IMG/VR virus record: IMGVR_UViG_3300041964_000148
DNA from: a virus
Lineage: Duplodnaviria > Caudoviricetes
Strand: one strand, 5' to 3'
Length of the DNA stretch: 64,000 bases
This document shows, in pieces, positions 38,654-48,618 of this stretch. Made by a program: the position numbers and the translations under genes. Under the pieces are notes generated by a model. The model was given only the letters and a program-made list of their open reading frames with translations, made no database searches and had not been told where the DNA came from. Within the stretch, counting starts at the first letter, position 1, and each line of letters starts with the position of its first letter.

Positions 38654-39247
38654 ATGGTGAAAGATAGCGATCGCGTTCTTTATAACAAAGGTAAAATAAC
38701 ATCAGTAAATACAATCTTAATTTTCATGGCTAAAGGCAAAGGTTTCTGGGGAAGAAAGGATAAAGATCAAAATAAAATAAGCGTAGAATCAATAGTTCGG
38801 GGGGACAGCCTTGAGCCTATTGTCGTGATCAAATGGGGCAAGGAAGGAGGCTACCTCGCGCCTGAAGAGGCAAGATCCCTTGCTTTGACTATCCTGGGTG
38901 CGTCCTGTGCTGCTAAATCTGATAGCGCAGTGGTCAAATTTTTCTCGTCTATTGATGGATTCGGGGTGGGGGGAGCTGCCCTTTTCCGCAAGATGCTCCG
39001 AGAATTTAGGGTACAGAATCGGGATCAAAATCTTTCAGGAATTCGGATGGTTATCGACCCTGATGAAGAGCCAATTCCGATACAAGAAGTCACGGGGCAG
39101 GCGCTCTATATGCTGGAAATGGCAGTGATGTCCGAAGTGGAGGCTTTTCTGGTTGAGTACCTCAAGCAAGAAGTGAACATGGATGAATACATGATTAATC
39201 GGGTCATTGGCGAGTTGCGTGACATCATGTATCCCAAAGAAGGATAG
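38654..39247 (+). CDS. Hypothetical protein (probable start at MAKGKGFW)
   Basis: First gene of a tightly packed plus-strand run. Confidence 0.55.
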   Translation: MVKDSDRVLYNKGKITSVNTILIFMAKGKGFWGRKDKDQNKISVESIVRGDSLEPIVVIKWGKEGGYLAPEEARSLALTILGASCAAKSDSAVVKFFSSIDGFGVGGAALFRKMLREFRVQNRDQNLSGIRMVIDPDEEPIPIQEVTGQALYMLEMAVMSEVEAFLVEYLKQEVNMDEYMINRVIGELRDIMYPKEG

Positions 39248-39249
39248 GT

Positions 39250-39651
39250 ATGCAGTTTAGCAAAGCAGAGCCAAACGAAGATTTTCTATTGGGACGTTGG
39301 GTATCTGAAAACAATATCTGGGAGATTGGCTTCTGCCCCGTCGCCTATGGTGTTCGGGTTAGGCTCGGAAGAGTTGGCAATTATTGGGTGAATCTCGACT
39401 ATTGCGCCGGCGCCGATACAGGGTTTGCGTATGTCCTCTTGGCAACTGTAGTTTTGATCTTGTCTTATGTTCCGGAGAACATAACCGAGATAGAAGTGGA
39501 GCGGATGTTCCCTTGGTTTGAGATCAAGCCAATTAACCGAGACCCAACTTGCTGGAAGAGACTTCAAGAAATGGCAGACGAACTTATTAAAAAAGGAAAT
39601 TCAGATGACGAGCAAGCCAGGGCGCTACAACCTCAAAATCTACATGATTGA
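39250..39651 (+). CDS. Hypothetical protein
   Basis: 2-nt spacing from the upstream gene. Confidence 0.55.
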   Translation: MQFSKAEPNEDFLLGRWVSENNIWEIGFCPVAYGVRVRLGRVGNYWVNLDYCAGADTGFAYVLLATVVLILSYVPENITEIEVERMFPWFEIKPINRDPTCWKRLQEMADELIKKGNSDDEQARALQPQNLHD

Positions 39652-39880
39652 GGGACGAGGGTGGCATCGACCAGTGAAGATGATTTGGTGGATTGCGATC
39701 GCTCTCGTGACGTTGCCGTTAAGATTTATCCCGCTGTTCAAACCGCATAAGATGGTGCGGCAGAGATACAAGGTCTTGACGTTTCGTAGCTTAAAAGAAT
39801 GTAGGCTTTTGAATGGTAAAGAGATCTCGTTGGTATCGAAGATTCGGAACAGACGAAAACCCTAGATTGAGAGCGATCGC

Positions 39881-40357
39881 ATGAACACGAGCAGAGAAGA
39901 AGGTTTTTACTGGGTCAAGAATTCCGCAGGAATTTACCAGATAGCATTTTGGGTCAACTCTAATTGGTTATCTGTTGGGAAGGAGAATGGACGACCAGAA
40001 GGTGATTTTGAGGTAGTGAGCGATCTCCTAGAACCATCCCCATCTAAAGTCGAGAACGACAAACCACCCTCCATCAAAAAAACAAACCTGGAAAGATATC
40101 CAGGATCTATCAAATACAAGACCAATCTCGACTACCCAAAAGAATTCTTCTTGGCTGACTTGCCGCCAAGACGCAACAATCCGAACCCGCTTCCATTGCA
40201 ACCTTTGGAGGTAGACGATTACATCCTATTACCATTCCATCCTTCAGCCGAAATATTCGCGGGGAAACACCTAACTTACAAAGTTATCCATGTGGAAGGG
40301 GATCAGGTTTCTTTAGAAGCGATAGGTTTCCGGGTAACGTTTCTGGAGAATGAATAG
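39881..40357 (+). CDS. Hypothetical protein
   Basis: REEGFYWVK N-terminus; a HIP1 site abuts the ATG. Confidence 0.55.
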   Translation: MNTSREEGFYWVKNSAGIYQIAFWVNSNWLSVGKENGRPEGDFEVVSDLLEPSPSKVENDKPPSIKKTNLERYPGSIKYKTNLDYPKEFFLADLPPRRNNPNPLPLQPLEVDDYILLPFHPSAEIFAGKHLTYKVIHVEGDQVSLEAIGFRVTFLENE

Positions 40358-40603
40358 ATGGATTTTCTAATTTGGGAATGGCGGAACAGCGAACAACCAA
40401 TTGACTACTGTAGGGTCTCTTTTTTGGTTCCACTGATTGGAATCCGAAGAGGTAGAGAGAGGATTAGTGATCAAAAATGGGTTTGGGTTGGATTCATGGG
40501 AAAAACGGAATTCTCTTATGAAGCAGAAAGTGAAGTTGACTGGAGATTTAGTATTCGTGTCTTAGGGTTTGGTTTTTCTATTCACCGCCAGTGGGGCTTC
40601 TAA
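40358..40603 (+). CDS. Small hypothetical protein
   Basis: Starts immediately after the upstream stop. Confidence 0.5.
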   Translation: MDFLIWEWRNSEQPIDYCRVSFLVPLIGIRRGRERISDQKWVWVGFMGKTEFSYEAESEVDWRFSIRVLGFGFSIHRQWGF

Positions 40604-40650
40604 GGCGATCGCTTTATCTAAATATGTCAAGGATTTCAAGAGTTTAATCA

Positions 40651-41124
40651 ATGTCAAAACTTGCCGCTGCAACCGTTCATGAGTTTTCATATTTCTACTT
40701 TGAAGGCGACACGCTAAAAGCTGTAGACAAATGCTCTCAACTGTCAGACGACGAAAATTTGAAATTTTGCAAGCTAAGTGATGCAGTTGGATATGTTCAA
40801 AAACTAGGATGCTGTGGAATGAAACAGCATTCAATACGGAGCGAGTATCATCGCTTGTGTATTGAAGTGCTGCGTTGGGCGGTAAAAAATACGGGTCAAG
40901 TTTTCCCCGTAATTTTTAGGGGCGTTCGCTCTAATCGACCTGAATCAGAACACATGATTCTGTTTGGAACGCGAGACAAGGCGGTTGCTGCTTTCTATGG
41001 TTCAACCATTAAAGAGTATTGCAACGTTAGAGGAATTCTGGTTAAAACATCCCATGTAAAATCAGTCAAGTCTGACGATTGGAGCGAGGCAGACGATGAA
41101 GTTATATTTTTCCCAGATCTATGA
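40651..41124 (+). CDS. Hypothetical protein, candidate ADP-ribosyltransferase fold
   Basis: IFRG...FGTRDKAVAAFYG...DDEVIF. Confidence 0.4.
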   Translation: MSKLAAATVHEFSYFYFEGDTLKAVDKCSQLSDDENLKFCKLSDAVGYVQKLGCCGMKQHSIRSEYHRLCIEVLRWAVKNTGQVFPVIFRGVRSNRPESEHMILFGTRDKAVAAFYGSTIKEYCNVRGILVKTSHVKSVKSDDWSEADDEVIFFPDL

Positions 41125-41150
41125 AGCGTACAGCCTCTATCCCCGTTAAT

Positions 41151-41378
41151 TTACCACCCCATGAGAGGTTGCTCCCCCTCATGGGTGGGGCGGTTGACCT
41201 CCTTAAAGTCACCTGGGACAGCATCAGTGATATGAAGACCCGATTCAAGGGTGTGTAAGGCATCTTCCAGGGGTTTTCGACTATCGGCATCGGGGCATTG
41301 TTGAATCGCGGCTGTGAGAGCAAGAATAATCGCCCCTAAGTCCTTATCTGACAGTAACCACCATTTTTGTAATGACAT
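41151..41378 (-). CDS. Small hypothetical protein
   Basis: ALHTLESGLH.TDAVP.DF motif; HIP1 site directly upstream of the ATG. Confidence 0.5.
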   Translation of the reverse strand: MSLQKWWLLSDKDLGAIILALTAAIQQCPDADSRKPLEDALHTLESGLHITDAVPGDFKEVNRPTHEGEQPLMGW

Positions 41379-41436
41379 AGCGATCGCCTACCTTCTAACG
41401 TAAAATCCCCTGGGTTTAGATCCAGGGGATTCCGTA

Positions 41437-41988
41437 TTATAGGGCTTTTGGACGGGGGAACTTTGAACCCAAGAAACTCCTCATCATTGCTTGATTGCGT
41501 TTATCCCTGCTTTTGACCGATTCAGGTTCAGAAGGTGTGTCCGCCTCAAGCGCTTCCTCCATCACGGAGAACCGTGATGGAGGAATACTTAAGACAAAAG
41601 GGAAAGGGAGAGGTGACCTAGGAGGACTTAGCCTAAAAGAATGATTAGTATCGGCAATTTTGTTAATTGATCCCCCCTGCTCGGCTAAGGCAGTCAGCGC
41701 CCGCATTATGTTTCCCTGCGCGGCTATGCCAGCCATAGCCCGCCTTAGGGTTCCCTGTTCGACTATTTCAACCAACATTGCCCTTACAAACGATTGTGAT
41801 TCCCCAAGCGCCAAGGAGATTGAGGAAACTGTTTTGTTGAAATCGTAGCTGATTGAAACGGGTTCTGGAACAAACCTGCTAGGTGCGATCGCCCACCAAA
41901 CTCCATTGATCTTCTGCGGTGTATCCCAACCGTTGTTCACACACCAATCAAGGACTAACCTATCTAGTGCGTTTAGTTCTGATTCCAT
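41437..41988 (-). CDS. Hypothetical protein
   Basis: Intact ORF with a downstream terminator; contains one copy of the 16-bp element. Confidence 0.5.
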   Translation of the reverse strand: MESELNALDRLVLDWCVNNGWDTPQKINGVWWAIAPSRFVPEPVSISYDFNKTVSSISLALGESQSFVRAMLVEIVEQGTLRRAMAGIAAQGNIMRALTALAEQGGSINKIADTNHSFRLSPPRSPLPFPFVLSIPPSRFSVMEEALEADTPSEPESVKSRDKRNQAMMRSFLGSKFPRPKAL

Positions 41989-42321
41989 GTCTGTTTATAA
42001 GCTATCTTCGTTTTCCCTAGAATACTTCAAATTAAGCAAAAGAATAGCCGCTTACACGGAAGCGGCTTTTTACTAGGAATCCGCCAGAAAGCCCCGTACC
42101 CTTGTGGTCGGGGATGAATGGCGGGAAAAAGAGATCGCACTTTTGCTCCGGAATATTCCGGAGCAAAAAAAATAACCGCCCACCAGAGGACGGTAAATGT
42201 ACTATGAGATGATCCCTATGTCGTGCTTGTAAACACTGTTGAAGTGTAGTGCATAACAAAAGGCGACAACCGTATTATACCTATTGATTGGAGTTTGACT
42301 TCTCTAGGTTGAACGCCAACA

Positions 42322-42591
42322 CTACTTCTTCTTGGGTCTACCACGGAGAACCGTGACGGACGAATCCAGCTTCTTTTTCTCAGGGAGCTGCTGAATATCA
42401 AAAATAAGCGATCGCTCTTTTAATTTCTCATTGCCCTTAAATATTTGGTTTAACAGCACTTTATTAACCTCCCAGCCAACCCCATAGTGCATCCCATCAC
42501 GAATAACGTGTTTAAGATCCTCCCATCCCAATGAGTGCATTCGATCTATTTCGGCTTTGCCTGAAACAGGGATAATGACAATATATTTCAT
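42322..42591 (-). CDS. Small hypothetical protein
   Basis: ATG-started ORF ending in an AT-hook-like RGRPKK; contains a variant 16-bp element. Confidence 0.45.
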   Translation of the reverse strand: MKYIVIIPVSGKAEIDRMHSLGWEDLKHVIRDGMHYGVGWEVNKVLLNQIFKGNEKLKERSLIFDIQQLPEKKKLDSSVTVLRGRPKKK

Positions 42592-42627
42592 TGAACTAAC
42601 GGCTGAGGGGCAACTGGATAACGAACG

Positions 42628-43257
42628 ATGGCAAAGAAAAGGAAACGAACTAGCGGAGCGTCTGTTCCACCTCAGCCAGTTGGTAGACCGACGACACTAA
42701 CCAAGGAGCTGCAAGACAAGATAGTCGCTGCTGTAGCAGAAGGCGACTATCTTAGTGTCGCCTGTGAGCTAGTCGGAGTGCCAGGAGCAACAGGAAGAAG
42801 CTGGAAACACCAAGGATCTGGGAAGAGGCACGATCGCCCTGCCAATGAAGAGTTTGCAGCTTTCGCAACGGCTGTAGAGAAAGCTAAGGCTGAAGCTGCA
42901 CACGCAAGGGTTCAGCGAATAACAGAAGCGGCGCAAGGTCGGCGCATTATCCGCCAGAAGACTGTGACAAAAATTTCTCGTGACGCTGAAGGAAACGAGG
43001 AAACGGAGACTATAACAGAAATTGTTGAAACGACCAATTACGACTGGAGAGCTGATGCGTGGATGCTGGAACACCAATACCCTGATCTATGGGGTTCACA
43101 GCGAATGTCAGAGCTTGAGGCATGGAAAGTGCTTATTGAAGCTGGACAAGTGCCAGATGAGGTTATCGACGCCATCTTAGTTGGAGAGGAGGAACGGCGA
43201 TCGCGCATCCAAGCAGCTCTAAAGGAACCACAAGAATCGGGTTCTGAAGGTATGTGA
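42628..43257 (+). CDS. Putative terminase small subunit
   Basis: GRPTTLT HTH start, ACELVGV...W, F..AVEKAKA, DWRADAWMLE..YP..WG. Confidence 0.7.
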   Translation: MAKKRKRTSGASVPPQPVGRPTTLTKELQDKIVAAVAEGDYLSVACELVGVPGATGRSWKHQGSGKRHDRPANEEFAAFATAVEKAKAEAAHARVQRITEAAQGRRIIRQKTVTKISRDAEGNEETETITEIVETTNYDWRADAWMLEHQYPDLWGSQRMSELEAWKVLIEAGQVPDEVIDAILVGEEERRSRIQAALKEPQESGSEGM

Positions 43258-43460
43258 TAAAATTGTGCAACTTTCTAATATACCAATAGTTGTAGAGCGC
43301 GAATGTATTGGAAAATATAAGCTATGTCTAAAGAGTGAGGAATGCGTAACAATTGGTGTGGATTCACTTACACTTTACGTAGAAATACGGATGGCTCAAG
43401 GTGTCTACAGGAGTAGCGTTTATATAAGTACGTGATCTACTGAAGTCTAAAAGCTAATCA

Positions 43461-43886
43461 ATGTTTATCTATCCGAGTAGTTTGAATACCAGCCATTCAG
43501 AACACTGGCGGGTTCTGCGCCAGTTTATTCTAGGCGGCGAAGAAGTCTATCTCACAGAGATAGAAGGAGATAACACATCCGGATATAGGTTCCAATATAT
43601 TTCTAATAGTGCGAGTTATCTATCGCAGTATTACCCTACAAGAGAAGCGGCAGTTGAAGGGTTGAACATAGCTCTGCTGCGATCGCTCGTCCATCGATCG
43701 CCTCACTCCCTTTTTGTGATTGATGGCACGGGGATTATCCTGTATCAATCCGAGAAAAATATTGGGCGATTTGGCTTAAAGCAGGGGAAAGATACTTGGG
43801 AGATTATTAAAACTAAAAAAACCTCTTGGATTGTCCAAGAGGTCTCTTTCAACCATTTATCTGTTTATCGAGAGGTAGATGGCTGA
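43461..43886 (+). CDS. Hypothetical protein
   Basis: 141-aa ATG-started ORF. Confidence 0.45.
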   Translation: MFIYPSSLNTSHSEHWRVLRQFILGGEEVYLTEIEGDNTSGYRFQYISNSASYLSQYYPTREAAVEGLNIALLRSLVHRSPHSLFVIDGTGIILYQSEKNIGRFGLKQGKDTWEIIKTKKTSWIVQEVSFNHLSVYREVDG

Positions 43887-44812
43887 CTATTACGGCGCAA
43901 GTCGAGGAGAACACTCGTCCAGTCGCCCTTGTAAATAACGGGGTCTTTATTATCAAGGAATATTGGCTGGGAGTAATCTTCCCAGCCTTTTATTTTGATC
44001 AGGACGAATGATGAGGCAACATAGTCGTCTTTGGTTAAAGAGACGCCCCGGTCGCCTTCTAGAACAAGGTTTAAGTTTTCTCCAATCCGTCCTTGATATC
44101 CATTCTCCTGTGCTGCTGTCCGAGGCTGCGCTGGCCTGCCCAGTCGATTCAAGGACTGTTCTAACCAATTCTTAAATCGATAGAACTCATCAAAATTAAA
44201 ATCCCCTACTTCCACTTCTTCTTGCTCTTTTGTCCTGCTTAATACGACAGATGGCGATGACACCGCCAGTCTATCACCGATTTCTGCTACTGAAGATAAC
44301 AGTGCCGTTCGCCCCCCTGGAGAGAGATGGCTCAACCTTTCTTTGAGAAGCTCAATTTCTGCTAACTCAAGAAGGTTGCGTTGAGGTTGGTTGTAGTTTG
44401 TAAGGACTGGAGGGGCTGGGGGGAAGAGAGCTTCTTCAAGTTCCGAAGCCTTATAAGGGCGGTTTTTGGACTTGTTCCACCAAAATCCAATGCGTACCAA
44501 GGCTTTCATCATTTCCGGATCGAAGGTCCGGCGGGCGTAGGACTTGCCTGTTCCTATGTGGAAGAATCGGTTGAGTTGGTGGCGGCTGTATTGAATCTCT
44601 TCCTCTTCGAGGGCGGAATTGATCCAATCTGTTGCCTCAGAAATGTTGCAGCATAAATTTTCTAGAGAATCTTGTACGATCTCTTGGAATAATTCAGTGT
44701 TTAATGTCATCATTCTCCTTCCCTGCTCACGAGGGATATTCAATTTGTCGTTTACTTTCATTATACGCTCCAACGCAAGCGCCCAATTGTAGCATTTAAC
44801 CGTTATTGGCAT
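43865..44812 (-). CDS. Hypothetical protein, possible HTH regulator divergent from nrdJ (start uncertain)
   Basis: Helical N-terminus with YSRHQLNRFF. Confidence 0.45.
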   Translation of the reverse strand: MPITVKCYNWALALERIMKVNDKLNIPREQGRRMMTLNTELFQEIVQDSLENLCCNISEATDWINSALEEEEIQYSRHQLNRFFHIGTGKSYARRTFDPEMMKALVRIGFWWNKSKNRPYKASELEEALFPPAPPVLTNYNQPQRNLLELAEIELLKERLSHLSPGGRTALLSSVAEIGDRLAVSSPSVVLSRTKEQEEVEVGDFNFDEFYRFKNWLEQSLNRLGRPAQPRTAAQENGYQGRIGENLNLVLEGDRGVSLTKDDYVASSFVLIKIKGWEDYSQPIFLDNKDPVIYKGDWTSVLLDLRRNSQPSTSR

Positions 44813-44882
44813 TTGCAGCTTAATGCGACCGAATTCCGTAAATTATGTCCTACAATTCGGTTGAGTACTCTTCCGGAAAATT

Positions 44883-46124
44883 ATGACCACTACACGAAAG
44901 AAAGACGCTTTCCCCACAGGGACAGCTTTGCCTGTGTTTTATCGGACATATAGCCGTGGGGGAAAGGAGTCTTGGTGGGACGTTTGTATTCGTTGCGTGG
45001 AGGGACTTGTTACGCTATCGGCAGGACACCTAAAAAAAGAAGAGCGATCGCTTCTTCTTAATTACGCACGAGAAATCAAAGCCCTGCCTTCCGGTCGCTG
45101 GCTTTGGGTTGGCGGCAAGCCTTGGGTAGAAAACCCTAAGAATTTCTCTGGGGCATATAACTGCACGAGCATCAATGTTAAGGCTTATGAGGATCAGTCT
45201 CCTTGGGCAGCCTTTGGCTGGCTTATGGAATTAGGGATGATGGGATGCGGCACCGGTGCCGTACTAGAACCAAAATACATTGACACTCTCCCACCTATTT
45301 GTAATATCCTCCAGACTAATATCCTGGGAGAGCCGGGGGAAGTTCACCCAAATGAGCGGCTAGAGGATACGGAATTTACTGTAAACCGAAACACGCTTTA
45401 TATCCTGGTGGGGGATTCGCGGGAAGCGTGGGTGGCAGCATACCAAATTATGTTAGAAGCGGCTTCTAACCCTAACCTGGGGCGGGAGCTGTTTGTCAAC
45501 ATCTATTTGGGCAACGTGCGCCCCTATGGTGAACAGCTCCAAGGTTTTGGAGGGGTCGCTAATCCAGCCAAGTTGGGTTGGATGTTTGGCGCGATCGCCG
45601 ACGTTACTAATCAAGCGGTTGGGCGACAAATGAATTCTTTAGAATGCTGTATGGCGATCGATATTGCAGCAGAGAATACTGTTGCCGGAAATGTTCGACG
45701 TTCTGCTGGGATGCGGCAAGGGAAGTACGACGATCCTAATTTTGTTGATGCCAAACTGGGGTTATATCTCCAAGATGAGGCTGGGGATTGGTATTTACCT
45801 GATGCTAGAAAGTCGGTTTTGAGAATTGCTAATCACACCCGCGTCTTCCACCACAAACCTACCTTAGAAGAGATCCAGGAAGCTGTTGCCAAGCAGTATT
45901 TCTCTGGGGAAGGGGCAATTATGTGGGCGGGAGAGGCAGTATATCGGTGCAATCGCGACTTAATTAGTGAAGGCGATCGCTCGACATTCCTGTATCTCTA
46001 TAATTTGGGCATAGAACGCGCCGAGGAGTTTTTAGCTGTTGCTTATCTTCGCTACCACGGTGTACCGTGTTCCGACGAGGAGCTGGAGCATCGAATGGAA
46101 AGATATGGGACAAATCCGTGTGGT
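44883..46124 (+). CDS. nrdJ: Class II (B12-dependent) ribonucleotide reductase, exon 1
   Basis: VFYRTYSR, PSGRWLWVGG, AYNC, GCGTG, VAGNVRRSA; ends at GTNPCG. Confidence 0.95.
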
Positions 46125-47189
46125 AAATGATTTTGCCTCACGTTAAAAACCTGGCAAAATCGGTGAAGACTGAGATGTTAACGCCGAGGTAATCAGAGGA
46201 ATTAAAGAGCTTCTGACACCGTAGAGAGTAGAGATTGAACCTAATCCCATCAAGGATAAGACTAGAAAATCTCCACGAGTGCCGGGGCATAGAGCATGGG
46301 TCTATGCAAAACGTACTCCGAACTACATTTTTTGTGGTAGCCCTGATATGATTTTAATGCAAAATCTTGAGGAGCTAATCAATGAAAAATGCGCCATACA
46401 TGGATAAAGAACACCTCAGTTCATTGATAGCTTTAGGTATGACTGCTTCCGAGATAGGTAAACAATATGGTGTTCATAGAGGGACAATCGACTACTGGTG
46501 TAGTAAATTCTCTTTGACTATTTATAAGCAACATGGTCAAAAAAGGATTTATACGTTCGATGAAACTTTTTTCACTTGTATTGACTCAGAAGAAAAAGCA
46601 TACATCTTGGGCTTCATTATGGCTGATGGATTTATTGAAAGCAGTGGCAGAGCGCTCACTATTACCCTAAACAAACGAGACGCTGATTTACTTGAGAAGA
46701 TTAAACAGTGTCTTAAGGCAAATATACCGTTAGCTATCAAAGGAAAGGAAAAGCAGTTCAGGGCTTTAACATTCTGCTCCAAAAGAATTGTGGCAGATCT
46801 TGCACACTTTTCAATTGCAAGAAATAAAACAAAAACCTTGAAGTTCCCTGACTTAGCTAGCCGTCTATATTCCCATTTCTTGCGTGGCTATTTTGATGGA
46901 GATGGACATATAGGCTACCGACAATGTGCCTTAACTGTAGGAAGCGCGAGTTTTCTAGAGGGTTTGTTGAACTTTCTTTGGGAATCGCACGGTTTTAGAC
47001 CGTGGATAGGGAATAGAACAACGTACTATCATTTACAATTCAATAAAAAACAGTCTCCATTTATCAACTGGCTGTACGCCGACGCTAGGATTTACTTGGC
47101 TCGAAAGTATGAGAGGTTTGATACATATTGGCGCAGCGAACATGAAGCTGTAGAACTAGAGGATAAAGAGCCTTTAGGGTAACAAAATG
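46125..47189 (+). mobile_element. Group I intron in nrdJ (1065 nt)
   Basis: P1 pairs exon CGUGUGGU with GCCUCACG, with U-G at the splice site. P10 pairs AAUGAUUUU with exon 2 GAAAUCAUU. P3 CCUGGCA/UGCCGGG, P7 GAGUA/UACUC, terminal G at 47189. Removal restores NPCG-EIIG. Confidence 0.93.
46382..47182 (+). CDS. Intron-encoded LAGLIDADG homing endonuclease with an N-terminal HTH
   Basis: AYILGFIMADG and FLRGYFDGDG motifs. Confidence 0.92.
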   Translation: MKNAPYMDKEHLSSLIALGMTASEIGKQYGVHRGTIDYWCSKFSLTIYKQHGQKRIYTFDETFFTCIDSEEKAYILGFIMADGFIESSGRALTITLNKRDADLLEKIKQCLKANIPLAIKGKEKQFRALTFCSKRIVADLAHFSIARNKTKTLKFPDLASRLYSHFLRGYFDGDGHIGYRQCALTVGSASFLEGLLNFLWESHGFRPWIGNRTTYYHLQFNKKQSPFINWLYADARIYLARKYERFDTYWRSEHEAVELEDKEPLG

Positions 47190-48323
47190 GAAATCATTGG
47201 CTCCAATTTTCACTGCAACTTATCGGAGGTTCATCTCAATCAAATTGACCCGCACAACTTAAAAGAGCAGGAGGAGGCGTTTACGGTAGGGGCATTAAGC
47301 GTGGCGATACTTCTGCAACACAAGTTCCCAAGTCCTGTCTACCAGCGATCGCGTGAATTAGATCCTATCGTTGGCGTTTCCTGTACCGGGATGTTCGACT
47401 TTTTCGTTAAGCGTTTTGGGTATCGCTGGCTGGAGTGGTGGGAAGCTGGGCGACCAAGACAGTGGGGCAATGAAGTTATGTCACCGTCTCCTGGAGAAAA
47501 TTTCAGTCAATCAACAGTCAATGAATTTGAACATGAATCTGAGTACTTTATTGCTTATGAATCTTGGTATCTAAATTGGTGGCGAGGGATTGTTGAAACT
47601 AAGGTGTGGGAGTATTGCGATCGCAGTAATCTTAAGCGCCCAAATCGCTGCACAACTCTCCAACCTAGTGGGACAAAATCTCTTCTAACCGGGGCATCTC
47701 CCGGCTGGCATCCACCTAAGGGGCAGAGGTTCATTCGTCGGATAACGTGCGATCGGAATGACCCTGTTGCTCTAGCTTGTTTGGACTATGGCTATAAGGT
47801 GGTGCCGGCTCAAGGGGATAAGGATGAAAACGGCTATCTTCTTAACGACCCATTTGACCCCCGCTGTACAGAGTGGTTGGTAGAGATCCCCTGCGAGGTT
47901 TCTTGGGCAAATATGCCTGGGGTTGAAGATATTGATGTTAGTCGATTTAGCGCCCTAGCCCAAATTGATTTCTATATGCAGGTGCAAACGCATTATGTTC
48001 GACATAACACCAGCGCGACTATTGAGCTACGTGAGGAGGAAATTGAGTCTGTAGCCCAGCGAATTTATCAAGCAATCCAAAATGACGAGGGGTATATTTC
48101 CGCCTGCCTCTCAGCCCGATTTGACGCTCACGAGGCATTCCCCAGGTTGCCGTTTGAGCCTATCGACAAGGCGACGTATGAGCAGATGGTGAGGGACGTG
48201 GAAGAGCGACGCATTGTAGAGGATTTCCATGAGGCGTTGGCGAAGCGCCAGGAGGAATCGGCTTATATTCGTAGTTCATCGGGTCCGGCTGGGTGTGATA
48301 GCGACAAGTGCTTGATGTCGTAG
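47190..48323 (+). CDS. nrdJ: Class II ribonucleotide reductase, exon 2
   Basis: EIIGSNFHCNLSEVH, TTLQPSGTKSLL, HNTSAT, C-terminal CDSDKC. Spliced product is 791 aa. Confidence 0.95.
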   Translation, partial: EIIGSNFHCNLSEVHLNQIDPHNLKEQEEAFTVGALSVAILLQHKFPSPVYQRSRELDPIVGVSCTGMFDFFVKRFGYRWLEWWEAGRPRQWGNEVMSPSPGENFSQSTVNEFEHESEYFIAYESWYLNWWRGIVETKVWEYCDRSNLKRPNRCTTLQPSGTKSLLTGASPGWHPPKGQRFIRRITCDRNDPVALACLDYGYKVVPAQGDKDENGYLLNDPFDPRCTEWLVEIPCEVSWANMPGVEDIDVSRFSALAQIDFYMQVQTHYVRHNTSATIELREEEIESVAQRIYQAIQNDEGYISACLSARFDAHEAFPRLPFEPIDKATYEQMVRDVEERRIVEDFHEALAKRQEESAYIRSSSGPAGCDSDKCLMS

Positions 48324-48396
48324 CACAGAGGTTGGTGTTACCATTTATTCATGAGTTTAAGTTTGTGTAGCGTCGTAGCTATAACTTCTGCGAATA

Positions 48397-48533
48397 AGCG
48401 CCTATCGGACAGTAGGCGCTTTTTGTTGCCCTGTGCTACTATTTACGCAATGTCATAATGTTTAAGACTTAAGTTGCCACTATTCAAGCGTGAACAAGAG
48501 TCAAAGCGCCTAATGCCCGTTAGGCGCTTTTTC
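48397..48533 (+). terminator. Two related terminators after nrdJ
   Basis: AAGCGCCTA...TAGGCGCTTTTT occurs twice. Confidence 0.75.
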
Positions 48534-48618
48534 ATGCCTCTATTTGACTTAATCTAATACGTTAGAATGTATATAGGTATACAAAATATACCTGTTAAAT
48601 ACAAAGCAAAACCAGATT

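Noticed and set aside
46125-47189. Intein or naturally split nrdJ
   Set aside because: An in-frame stop follows exon 1 and a full set of group I intron pairings is present.
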